NCBI RefSeq assembly: GCF_000341395.1
Contig: NC_020304.1
Location: forward strand, 3,540,001-3,572,000
Direction: 5' to 3'
DNA from: Desulfocapsa sulfexigens DSM 10523
GTDB taxonomy: Bacteria; Desulfobacterota; Desulfobulbia; Desulfobulbales; Desulfocapsaceae
DNA length: 32,000 nucleotides
A program made the position numbers and the translations under genes. The notes below the pieces were generated by a model. That model had not been told where the DNA came from and made no database searches. It was given only the letters and a program-made list of their open reading frames with translations. Positions 1 to 8,517 of this stretch are shown here, in pieces (within the stretch, counting starts at the first letter, position 1; the number at the start of each line of letters is the position of its first letter).

Positions 1-270
1 AATACATCTCCTGAACCATTTTCAAACTGGACGGCATCAGTTGTTGAAGATCTGGCCGTAATTGGTGGGATATTTGCTATGCTTCACTACCCTCTGGCCT
101 TTCTCGTTTTCTTTGTAGCCTTTCTTCTTACTGCAATCTGGCTGCTCCCGAAGCTCTGGTCAGGTATCAAGGTTGTGTTCCAGACAATTCTTACTTTCTT
201 CTCGGGAAAAAAACCTGTAGCTTCGCAGGACAAGGAAAAGACAACACCAAAAGAACTGCCTTTAACATAG
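1..270 (+). CDS. C-terminal fragment of an integral membrane protein (possibly DUF4126 family); the 5' end lies outside the window
   Basis: Frame 1 is open from base 1 (NTSPEPFSNWTASVVEDLAVIGG...) and runs into the listed 79..270 ORF. A hydrophobic helix (LAFLVFFVAFLLTAIWLL) is followed by a polar tail. The family assignment is from memory only. Confidence 0.5.
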   Translation, partial: NTSPEPFSNWTASVVEDLAVIGGIFAMLHYPLAFLVFFVAFLLTAIWLLPKLWSGIKVVFQTILTFFSGKKPVASQDKEKTTPKELPLT

Positions 271-338
271 GGCGTCCCATAAAAGATTTGTAAACGCTAG
301 GAGTGTCAGAAACTCTGCTATACGTTGTCCAAGGATAG

Positions 339-2165
339 CTAACAGGGAATCTCAATCACGACCGAGGTTCCCTTTCCTTCCTTGGAATCCACAACCATGC
401 TCCCCCCATGTTCCTCAACAATCTTTGCAGACATTGCCATTCCAAGCCCTGTTCCTTCTGGCTTTGTTGTAAAGTATGGATCAAATACCCGTCCTAGATT
501 TTCCGAACTGATTCCACAACCGCTATCCGTTACCGTGATAACAATTACATCACCACTTTTCACACTACGAACAGATAATGTTCCTCCGTCGCTCATAGCC
601 TGGATGGAATTCAAAAAGAGATTGAGGAAGACCTGACTCAGCCTGTCTTCATCGGCGTAGATCGGGGACAATGTCTCAGGAAAATCGAGAACAATCTCCA
701 CCCCCGCAGCCTCGGCATCAATACTGAGTAATGAAACTGATTTCTGAAGCAGGGCATGAAGATCAAACTCACTCTTCTGAAGCTCCTGCGGCCTTGCGTA
801 GTCAAGCAACTCAGAGATACTGCGATTAAGTCTCTCAACTTCCTGCACCAGAATATTGGCAGTTTCTCTATCATTATTTTCAATGCAAAATTTTGACCGT
901 AGAACGAGGGCAAGGCCTTTGATTGAACTGAGAGGATTGCGCAATTCATGGGCCACCCCAGCAGCCATTTTCCCAAGAGCAGCAAGACGTTCACTCCTAC
1001 GCAGATCTTTTTCAAGTTTTTTCACCTGACTCAGATCCTGTATCATAAGAAGGATTCCAACGAATTGATTATCACGATCGACTATAGCCATACGATTAAG
1101 CTGGACAGTATGACAGGTACCTTGAGCATTTATCAACTGCACCTCCCTCTGTGAGATAACGCCTCTTCGTTCTCCTGAAGCGTCCAGAATCGATCGGATA
1201 GCCTCTGTTTTAGCAAATACTCCTGTATTGTTGCCAAGTGCTATTTTTTCACTTATTCCGGTAAGTTCCTCGGAGAATTTATTATACAGAACAATCTGTC
1301 CTTTACTATCGGTTGCAATGAGTCCTACAGGTAAGGAGGATATCAGGATATCGCGAAAAGCCTCAACCCGACGCAATCTGCTTTGAGATCCTTTCAGTCC
1401 TTCAAGAGTGAGGATAGAAAGCCAGCCGCCGAAACCGACAAGCAGAAGAACAATGGATAAAATTATGATCTCAAGTTTTTGACGCTGCAGCCTTTTATTA
1501 TACTGCTTCATATCAAGCTCAACGAGAATCATGTATTTTTTCTGGCTTAAGGATTCTATCCTCTTTTTCCATGTTGAGTTGGATCCGTGAAGCCGCATCA
1601 CCCGGTTTCCCATTCCTTCTGAGTTGTTCTTCATCACTTGCGGGGAAAATTGCTCCAGTAAGCGACTGGTAATGGGTGAAAAATATGCCGCAACCTGAAA
1701 AACAGAGCCCTTATCTTCAGTACTGATACGATAATTAAACGTTCTGGTATCACTGGCATCTGCATCAATTGCCAGGAGAAAATCATGGGTTTGCTTGGAT
1801 ACCTGCTGAATTCGAGCGGCTGGAACTGAGTTAGCAAGAATAAACCCATCATTGTCAACAAGAGCTAAAAATCTGACTCCGGGATGTCCGGCCGCATGTT
1901 CAAGAACACGTTGTACATTGCCAGGCCAAAGTGCGGCAAGATCCTGCCCTGAGCGCAGACCTGTAATAATTGAACTTCTTGAACTGGAGGCAACAAAACG
2001 AATAAGAGTAACACCTTTTTCAAGGAGAATGTCAGTCATCAGAGCCTTGTCTCGACGGTAATTATTCACGGCAAAAACCGCTATTATTACGGCAAGTAAT
2101 CCGCAGGCTGCTGCCAGTACCCAGGGGGAAACGCTGGCTAACCGATGTTTTTTTATAATTCGCAT
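339..2165 (-). CDS. Transmembrane sensor histidine kinase (two TM helices flanking a ~190-aa extracytoplasmic domain, PAS, HisKA, HATPase_c; NtrB/ZraS/AtoS-like)
   Basis: H-box AAGVAHELRNPLSSIKGL, N-box FLNLFLNSIQAM, G1 VTDSGCGI, G2 GTGLGMAMSAKIVEEHGG. TM helices are at about residues 12-33 and 226-250. The start overlaps the upstream gene by 13 nt. Confidence 0.88.
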   Translation of the reverse strand: MRIIKKHRLASVSPWVLAAACGLLAVIIAVFAVNNYRRDKALMTDILLEKGVTLIRFVASSSRSSIITGLRSGQDLAALWPGNVQRVLEHAAGHPGVRFLALVDNDGFILANSVPAARIQQVSKQTHDFLLAIDADASDTRTFNYRISTEDKGSVFQVAAYFSPITSRLLEQFSPQVMKNNSEGMGNRVMRLHGSNSTWKKRIESLSQKKYMILVELDMKQYNKRLQRQKLEIIILSIVLLLVGFGGWLSILTLEGLKGSQSRLRRVEAFRDILISSLPVGLIATDSKGQIVLYNKFSEELTGISEKIALGNNTGVFAKTEAIRSILDASGERRGVISQREVQLINAQGTCHTVQLNRMAIVDRDNQFVGILLMIQDLSQVKKLEKDLRRSERLAALGKMAAGVAHELRNPLSSIKGLALVLRSKFCIENNDRETANILVQEVERLNRSISELLDYARPQELQKSEFDLHALLQKSVSLLSIDAEAAGVEIVLDFPETLSPIYADEDRLSQVFLNLFLNSIQAMSDGGTLSVRSVKSGDVIVITVTDSGCGISSENLGRVFDPYFTTKPEGTGLGMAMSAKIVEEHGGSMVVDSKEGKGTSVVIEIPC

Positions 2166-3862
2166 ACAACAGGCGATGGAGGGTTGATGACTTTCTCCAG
2201 TAATACCTTAGTAATCATGTAGGTTGGTTTAATTCCATAATCCCCCAAAGAACCGGATGCCAGTGTTTCACCGGCATGTAAAGGATTATCCGATGCGTAA
2301 TAGGCGTATCTCGTCTTTATATTACGTGACACGTGGCCCTGAATAATAGCTGCACTTATGGCACGCTGATAATGACCACCTTCCATTTCAAGCCCCACGG
2401 CCTTCCAGTGGGAGGTATGAAATCTGGTGAGCACATGTCTATTCTGCATGGATGTCCCAAGAACAGTAACCATTGGACCAACATGAATTGGGTACCCTTC
2501 ATCGAAATCGCTTTTATCCAAATCGTTATCAACAATGTAATTATTGGTCGTACCCTCCATGACGTGAGCAGTAGCAAGCATGATATCCCCTTTTTTACCA
2601 GGGAGTGTTCCGGCCTTTCCCATTATACTGATTGATTCGAATTTAAAGGAGAAGTTCTTGTCATCAAAATGACAGGGACAGAGTAATTCGTCCAGAATAT
2701 CAAATGCCTGTGCTCCAAAAGCATAATCAATAACTAAAATAACCGGTTTTTCTTTTTCAATGTAATCAAAATCACATTGAACGGATTGGTGAGGGTTTTC
2801 TTTTGATATTTTTGACGTATCAAAAACCATAACATCAATATTGGACTCTGAAGTATCATGAATATAAGTAAAACCGTAGGCAGAGCCATAATCGGTGAGT
2901 TCATAGTCAATATTACGCAGTTCAGTGATCAAATCATAGAGATCTTCGGGTACAGGTTTTCCCTGATTTTTTAAAAATCCGGCGCCGTAAACAATGTTTT
3001 TCATTGAATGCATATTCGCACTCACCACATGAATGGTCCGATGAGATAGACCCTGGTTGTAAAGATTTTGTTTTATATTCTTAGCCCACAGAGTAGCATA
3101 TTTATGACGTCCAATCATCTCCTGAAGAGATGGAGTAAAATAGATAGTGAGGAGATTATCCCTGGATTTCGCCTCTTCAATAATGCGTTGCCCCATTGCA
3201 TAGATAATTGCAAAAAGCCCATTATTATAGTTTCCATTTTTTCCATGGTGGCTATCAAAACTCTCGTAAGACTCATACGCCTCACGGTACGTTCTTCCAA
3301 GGATAATAGAAAGATTCCACAAAGCCTGATGTAAGGCAGAACCTGTGAGTTTCTCGCTTCCCTGAACAACACCCTCTAATTCATGCCACTCAGAGCAGGT
3401 TCCCTCCTCCTTATGACATATCTGCCTGTGAATTTTCTGAGCTTCAAGATTGAGGAAAGTCAGGTTGGTCAGGATATCATAGATCTCTGTTAATCCACGA
3501 GTAATAACGAAACAGATTTCCGTGTCAGAAACAATATAGGAGTGTCTGCGTCTTTTAAAAGGAACGACCTTCTCAAAAGAAGTATCATGAAAGTCTTCAT
3601 CTGCCGTAAGTATTATCCTGTTACACTTTTCGACCCCCCTTGGCATCCGATCCATAACATATTCGAGACCTTGAAGTTCAACGATACGATGATCATTCAT
3701 TGAACCATATATCTCAGGCTCAAACAGTTGCAGCGATTCAGACAGCTTTTCACCAGATCTCCCGGAAGGCCTGTAATACCCTCTTAAGATCATGGCGTCT
3801 GCAATTGTCTTAAATGTTCGAATTGCGAACCGGGCACGTTGAGACTTTGAAAGTTCTTCCAT
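2153..3862 (-). CDS. Uncharacterised 569-aa protein: unknown N-terminal ~370 aa plus a C-terminal AMP-nucleosidase/nucleoside-phosphorylase-like (PNP_UDP_1 fold) domain
   Basis: Long uninterrupted ORF. The C-terminal blocks VIDYAFGAQA, IMGKAGTLPGKKGDIMLATAH, VGLEMEGG and YASDNPLHAGE align by eye to the E. coli Amn catalytic core. I recognise no motif in the N-terminal part. Confidence 0.75.
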   Translation of the reverse strand: MEELSKSQRARFAIRTFKTIADAMILRGYYRPSGRSGEKLSESLQLFEPEIYGSMNDHRIVELQGLEYVMDRMPRGVEKCNRIILTADEDFHDTSFEKVVPFKRRRHSYIVSDTEICFVITRGLTEIYDILTNLTFLNLEAQKIHRQICHKEEGTCSEWHELEGVVQGSEKLTGSALHQALWNLSIILGRTYREAYESYESFDSHHGKNGNYNNGLFAIIYAMGQRIIEEAKSRDNLLTIYFTPSLQEMIGRHKYATLWAKNIKQNLYNQGLSHRTIHVVSANMHSMKNIVYGAGFLKNQGKPVPEDLYDLITELRNIDYELTDYGSAYGFTYIHDTSESNIDVMVFDTSKISKENPHQSVQCDFDYIEKEKPVILVIDYAFGAQAFDILDELLCPCHFDDKNFSFKFESISIMGKAGTLPGKKGDIMLATAHVMEGTTNNYIVDNDLDKSDFDEGYPIHVGPMVTVLGTSMQNRHVLTRFHTSHWKAVGLEMEGGHYQRAISAAIIQGHVSRNIKTRYAYYASDNPLHAGETLASGSLGDYGIKPTYMITKVLLEKVINPPSPVVCEL

Positions 3863-4043
3863 AACAGACTCCTGTAATCAAAAAAAAATACCATGTTCTA
3901 AACAATTATAGAATAACGTATAAAGCAGGGACATTCCAGAAAGTATTCATTATTAAACTAAAAAGTTACATTATCTTCCAGATAAAGAAGACTGAGAAAC
4001 TACCTGGTTCAAAAGAGAAGTGGGAAAAGAAAATCAATGGCTG

Positions 4044-4093
4044 AAAAAAAAGAAAAAAAAAAGAGGGTAAATCGCCATAGGCGACTCACCCTC
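4044..4093 (-). terminator. Rho-independent terminator downstream of csp
   Basis: On the minus strand GAGGGUGAGUCGCC-UAU-GGCGAUUUACCCUC forms a 14-bp stem, with two G.U pairs on this strand only. It is followed directly by U10-C-U8. Confidence 0.85.
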
Positions 4094-4121
4094 ATTCAAT
4101 CAAGAGATAGAATTTCTCAGA

Positions 4122-4322
4122 TTATATTTTGCTCACGTTTGCTGCAGCAGGACCTTTTGGACCCTCAGTGATTTCAAACTGAACTCTATCACCTTCGTTC
4201 AAGGTTTTGAACCCATCACTTACAATAGCAGAGTAGTGAACAAATACATCTTTTCCACCTTCCTGCTCCAAAAAACCAAAACCTTTAGCCTCATTAAACC
4301 ATTTCACTGTGCCTTCTAACAT
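4122..4322 (-). CDS. csp: Cold-shock protein, CspA family (66 aa)
   Basis: [33 protein letters not shown] carries the RNP1 (KGFGFL) and RNP2 (VFVHY) motifs. The internal ATG at 4322 has an AAGG-type RBS about 6 nt upstream. The 4349 start would add a non-conserved 9-aa extension. Confidence 0.92.
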   Translation of the reverse strand: MLEGTVKWFNEAKGFGFLEQEGGKDVFVHYSAIVSDGFKTLNEGDRVQFEITEGPKGPAAANVSKI

Positions 4323-4613
4323 AATAACCTTGTCCTTAGTACTGATCAACTACGTGATCGTGCTTTTTCTGTTGTATGGAATAACATTCTCTCCGAAACA
4401 ACCGGAAAAAATAACTCGTTTTGTTTTTTGAGCCGAAAATTCATCACCCATACAATTCATACGTTCACTAATAATACAGCAATGAATTTTAAAACACCAG
4501 ACAAATAATCAATCAAGCGATTTTATTTTATGTCAAGAGAAAAAAAAACAAAAGCAATCCTATGAAATCAAGGCCTCCAGCTATTTCAGGGTGGAGACAA
4601 AAATAAACATTTT

Positions 4614-6239
4614 TTATTTTATCTGTAACAATGAAGGATTGTATCCCTCAGGAGCCGCATATCCAAGAAGAGTCAGGACAGTGGCGGCAACATTTGCAAG
4701 TCCCACATCCGTTTGATTTGTTACTCTAAAATCGTTAACGCTGCAGAAATTTTTGACTATGAAGGGCACTGGATTTTTGGTATGGGCAACCATGGCAGTT
4801 TTAATCCCATTTTTCTCAGTCCACATGCAGTCTGCATTCCCATGATCTGCTGTAATCACAGCTATCCCTTTTGCCTTTTTTAGTACTGGTAGAACTCTCC
4901 CCAACATCAGATCCACCGTTTCAACAGCAATACGGACTGAAGCAGGAACCCCGGTATGGCCAACCATGTCACCATTCGCATAATTTAAACGGATAAATTT
5001 ATATTTCCCCTCACGAATGGTATCAATCACTCTGTCTGTTATCTCTGAAGCCTTCATCCAGGGACGAAGGTCAAAGGTTATTCTGTCCGACTCTATCTCC
5101 ACATATTTTTCTAGTTTTTCATCAAGATAACCAGACTTATTGCCATTCCAGAAATAGGTTACATGTCCAAATTTCTGGGTCTCGGAGATGGCATAGGAGG
5201 TGACTCCTGCACTGCAAAGATATTCACCAAGTGTACGATCGATAGCAGGAGGTTCCACCAGATAATGCTTAGGAACCATGGCATCACCGTCATACTGCAT
5301 TATTCCGGCAAAAAAGACCTCAGGTCTTCGTTTCCTATCGAAACCATCAAAATCCTGGTCATCAAATGCTTTAGACAGTTCAATGGCTCGATCTCCACGA
5401 AAGTTAAAGAGAATCACTGCGTCCCCATCCTCAATGCAACCGACAGCCGTTCCGTTCCGTTCAACAACGAAACTATCCATGTATTGATCAGTCATTTCCG
5501 GATCTTCATCATAATAGGTCTGAATAGCATCACAAGCTGACGCAAAACCTCTCCCCACGCCCAGTACATGCGCCTGCCACCCCTTCTCAACAATAGCCCA
5601 ATCAGCCTCATAACGATCCATTGTTACATTCATTCGACCACCCCCGGATGCCATGCAGTAATCTCTGCCATCCTGAGACATTGCCTTAAGTTTTTCTTCG
5701 AGCGGGACAAAATACTTCAGGGCACTTTTAGGAGCAACGTCACGTCCATCCAGGAGTCCATGGACACGAACCTTTTGAATTTGATCATTGACACATCGTT
5801 CAAGCAAGATATTGAGCTGTTCAACATGACTATGCACATTACCATCCGAAATCATACCTATAAAATGGAGGGTGCCACCATTTTCAGTTCGTTTCAACAC
5901 CTCTTTCCATGCTGCTCCCTGAAACAGATTCCCGGAATGCAGTGCTTCATTAACAAGCTTTGCCCCCTGAGCAAAAATTCTCCCGGCCCCAAGGGCATTA
6001 TGGCCCACTTCGGAATTCCCCATATCGTCATCCGACGGCAGACCAACCGCCTTTCCATGTGCCTTGAGACTGCACACGAGATCACCCTGCAGCAGCGTAT
6101 CCAGCACAGGAGTATAGGCCATATGGACACCATCGCTCTCATCTTTTGGGCCCATACCAACGCCATCCATAATAACGGTAACAACAGGACCAGGAAAACT
6201 TTTATAACCAGCAAGTGGACGCAGTGATAATTGTGACAT
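4614..6239 (-). CDS. gpmI: 2,3-bisphosphoglycerate-independent phosphoglycerate mutase
   Basis: IMDGVGMG, the catalytic-Ser block MGNSEVGHNALGAGR, ITADHGNAD and about 540 aa length. The start at 6239 is preferred because GAGGA lies 7 nt upstream. The maximal ORF extends to 6266. Confidence 0.9.
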   Translation of the reverse strand: MSQLSLRPLAGYKSFPGPVVTVIMDGVGMGPKDESDGVHMAYTPVLDTLLQGDLVCSLKAHGKAVGLPSDDDMGNSEVGHNALGAGRIFAQGAKLVNEALHSGNLFQGAAWKEVLKRTENGGTLHFIGMISDGNVHSHVEQLNILLERCVNDQIQKVRVHGLLDGRDVAPKSALKYFVPLEEKLKAMSQDGRDYCMASGGGRMNVTMDRYEADWAIVEKGWQAHVLGVGRGFASACDAIQTYYDEDPEMTDQYMDSFVVERNGTAVGCIEDGDAVILFNFRGDRAIELSKAFDDQDFDGFDRKRRPEVFFAGIMQYDGDAMVPKHYLVEPPAIDRTLGEYLCSAGVTSYAISETQKFGHVTYFWNGNKSGYLDEKLEKYVEIESDRITFDLRPWMKASEITDRVIDTIREGKYKFIRLNYANGDMVGHTGVPASVRIAVETVDLMLGRVLPVLKKAKGIAVITADHGNADCMWTEKNGIKTAMVAHTKNPVPFIVKNFCSVNDFRVTNQTDVGLANVAATVLTLLGYAAPEGYNPSLLQIK

Positions 6240-6323
6240 ACCTTTTTCCTCTATTAGAAATTGCATAGCAGTTTATAATAAAACACATCGGGGGATAATT
6301 CAGCGCTTCTCCCAATGTTTTTT

Positions 6324-6839
6324 TTACTTCAAACGGGCTTTCTTGATGATTGCATTAGAGATCTGCTCTACCGTTTTTCCACCAACCTGAATTTCAATAT
6401 CGGCAACATTACGATAAAGTGGCAGGCGGCTTTCATGAAGGGTCCGAGCCTTAGCGAGATCATTCAAGAGAGGCCGCTTTTTTATTTTCTTTTTCGCATT
6501 GGGATGGGCGTAAATTGTTTCAAGTATCTGATTAAAATCTGCATGAAGATACACAACTTTGCCAATTTTACGAATATTAGGCACATTGAAAAAGCCACCA
6601 CCGGTAGATATGATGGTATTGCGCACCTGTTTTTGGAGCCAAACTGCAACCTGCTGTTCAAGTTCCCGGAAACGTGGTTCTCCAAATTCTGAAAATATTT
6701 CTCTTACTTTCATATTTGAAAAACTCTCAATAAGATCATCACAGTCCACGGCAAACATACCTGTTTTCTCTGCAAGTGCCCGTGCAGTTCTACCCTTTCC
6801 CACGCCCATAAACCCGATCAGGACAATATTTGATTTCAT
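6324..6839 (-). CDS. aroK: Shikimate kinase family protein (atypical Walker A GVGKGRT)
   Basis: LIGFMGVGKG, DCDDLIE, FRELEQQV, ISTGGG and KKRPLL align with AroK proteins. The ATG at 6839 has GGAG 5 nt upstream and forms an ATGA overlap with the upstream stop. The maximal ORF extends to 6869. Confidence 0.8.
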   Translation of the reverse strand: MKSNIVLIGFMGVGKGRTARALAEKTGMFAVDCDDLIESFSNMKVREIFSEFGEPRFRELEQQVAVWLQKQVRNTIISTGGGFFNVPNIRKIGKVVYLHADFNQILETIYAHPNAKKKIKKRPLLNDLAKARTLHESRLPLYRNVADIEIQVGGKTVEQISNAIIKKARLK

Positions 6840-7954
6840 ACTTTCTCCAATTGCTCTGCGAACAGCCATTCTTCATATTGATACTTACACTGTTTCCATT
6901 CAAATTGTTCCGTTAAATCATATATCAATTGTTCTTCAAGTTTAACAGGATGCTGCAAATACTCTTCGAGTCGCCTGGCAAGAGTGCCTGGCGCATAAAG
7001 ATACTCTTCTCCATACAGTTCCGGATAGGACAGGTCTGCAGGAAGCAAGGGATAGCAACCTGCCCTGATTCCTTCAAGGATTGAAATACCAAAAAATTCA
7101 TGCCTTGCTGTTGAAACGACCACGTCCCCCTGATGAAGCAAATTTGCATAGTCAGCCCTGGTTTCAGCATAGCCAAAATGAAGGATTTCTTCTGCCAATC
7201 TCTTTTCTGCCTCCTCAAAGCAGAGGGGGCGGTTGGCAAAGGACTGCCCCAGTACTACAAGTCGAAAAGCTATTCCCTTTTTTTGCAATTCGTACAGCGC
7301 CTCAAAAAAAAGTTCAGGGTTTTTATCGTGTTCCCAGCGATGATTCCAGACAATTACGGGAGAACTACTCCTAGCCCTCCTCTTTCCCTTAACAAAAGCT
7401 GCAGCATCCACCGACGAATAATCCATTCCCGGATAAAGAACCACACTCTTACTCCGAATTGTCTTCACACAATTGAGTGATTTCATGTCAGCAGGCTTTT
7501 TAAGAAGAGCCTGAATGGCTCCAAGGAAAGTCTCCAGGTTATAATGTGAATTAAAGCCACAGCTGTCTGAAGCCATGGCGGTGTTTAAATTAATCGCAGC
7601 GAACTGCCTGCTATCTTCTGATTGCACCTGGTGGGGATAGATAAACTGATTTTCATGAAAATAGGTATGTATTCCTGCATTCTGATTCCATCCGGCAAGA
7701 GAACACAGAAGCGATCGTAACACAGCAACATCAACAAATGTAGAGCAGAGCACCGTATCAAAACGCCTCTTCTCAACAGCTAGTTTTTCTAATTCCTGAA
7801 CAAACCAGAATGCAGACAGGTGCATCCGCAGCTTCCACTTCCGTGCCGGAAGAGCGAGTAGAGTGTAATCCGCGGCAACGGTTTTCTGCAGGCCACGCAG
7901 AAACAGTTTATGGGAACCACCGAAGTAGGGTTCGAGAATCAACACACGCTTCAT
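6836..7954 (-). CDS. DUF3524 + GT1-family glycosyltransferase, homologue of eukaryotic GTDC1/QTMAN (tRNA-queuosine mannosyltransferase)
   Basis: The blocks LILEPYFGGSHK, LPARKWKLRMHLSAFWF, YFHENQFIYP, VWNHRWEHDKNPELFF and VVSTARHEFFGISILEGIRAGCYPLLP match human GTDC1 as I remember it. Confidence 0.8.
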   Translation of the reverse strand: MKRVLILEPYFGGSHKLFLRGLQKTVAADYTLLALPARKWKLRMHLSAFWFVQELEKLAVEKRRFDTVLCSTFVDVAVLRSLLCSLAGWNQNAGIHTYFHENQFIYPHQVQSEDSRQFAAINLNTAMASDSCGFNSHYNLETFLGAIQALLKKPADMKSLNCVKTIRSKSVVLYPGMDYSSVDAAAFVKGKRRARSSSPVIVWNHRWEHDKNPELFFEALYELQKKGIAFRLVVLGQSFANRPLCFEEAEKRLAEEILHFGYAETRADYANLLHQGDVVVSTARHEFFGISILEGIRAGCYPLLPADLSYPELYGEEYLYAPGTLARRLEEYLQHPVKLEEQLIYDLTEQFEWKQCKYQYEEWLFAEQLEKV

Positions 7955-8406
7955 GACCCTGCCTTTTTACCAGCAACATCATCAAGATAGCTTTTAAAAG
8001 GACGTACTTCATTAATTGCATAACCGCACCCTGGAGGTAACTGTCCCCCGCAAAAATGAAGACTTTTGTCTGGAAAGTTGGTGCAAAGTTCAAGTCTGTT
8101 TTCATGATCTCTGCAGAATCCGGCATCGGACAGCCATGTGCAGGAAAATTGCAGGAACCCCTGCTCATCTTTTCCGGTAATAACAAACCGGTGATATTCC
8201 GGATAATCATGTAACACCTTCAGAAAATCCTTTTCCAGGCGTAACCAGCCCCGCTCCCCCTCAAGATTAATCTTCCTGCAGCAATTCCCACAGCAGTGAC
8301 AACTTCCGGTAACCAGTAATTCCCTTCCCATAACACGCATACGCAGATATCGAATCAATCCGAGAAAGGAATAGGTGGAGAGCAGTTTTGAGATTTTAAT
8401 ATTCAT
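7951..8406 (-). CDS. YkgJ/UPF0153-family Cys-cluster (Zn/Fe-binding) protein
   Basis: An N-terminal CHCCGNCC cluster is followed by further Cys residues (FSCTWL, FCRDH, CTNFP, FCGG, GCGY). An ATGA overlap joins it to the downstream glycosyltransferase. Confidence 0.7.
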   Translation of the reverse strand: MNIKISKLLSTYSFLGLIRYLRMRVMGRELLVTGSCHCCGNCCRKINLEGERGWLRLEKDFLKVLHDYPEYHRFVITGKDEQGFLQFSCTWLSDAGFCRDHENRLELCTNFPDKSLHFCGGQLPPGCGYAINEVRPFKSYLDDVAGKKAGS

Positions 8407-8517
8407 GATTATAAAGATATCTGCATTTTCAAGAGAAGACTTTCGAGAGATTCATTTTTCTGATACAAAGGAAACAGAAAAAGAATCATAAAACATAGTA
8501 CCATTGGAGACAAGCAA

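Noticed and set aside
339-3862. Reading the kinase plus PNP-fold pair as a Detocs-type anti-phage system.
   Set aside because: Detocs needs receiver-domain proteins (buffer and effector). None is present here, the kinase is a transmembrane NtrB-like type, and the flanking genes are housekeeping.
3924-3939. Sigma-54-like TGGAATGTCCCTGCTT on the minus strand upstream of the Amn-like gene.
   Set aside because: The GG-to-GC spacing is 9 nt, not the strictly conserved 10 nt.
4323-4349. N-terminal extensions implied by the maximal ORFs: csp to 4349, gpmI to 6266, aroK to 6869, the hypothetical gene to 10394 (GTG) and the alpha/beta hydrolase from 25112 (TTG).
   Set aside because: For four of the five, an internal ATG has a better-placed Shine-Dalgarno sequence. 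The alpha/beta hydrolase ATG at 25217 has none I can see and is preferred only as the first ATG after a TTG start. In every case the extension is non-conserved relative to the family N-termini I know. All of these starts remain unverified.
5568-6227. 219-aa plus-strand ORF antisense to gpmI. Similar long antisense ORFs are at 13961-14467 (+), 17362-17835 (-), 25526-26065 (-) and 28230-28772 (+).
   Set aside because: Each lies entirely opposite a CDS with clear family motifs. Their translations are low-complexity or Cys/Ser/Arg-rich with no recognisable motif or RBS. They are typical shadow ORFs.
8376-8406. TTGAAA ... TATAAT pair immediately upstream of the ykgJ-like start on the minus strand.
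   Set aside because: The spacer is only 13 nt and the TATAAT box lies 1 nt from the ATG, which is incompatible with a functional sigma-70 promoter for this start.
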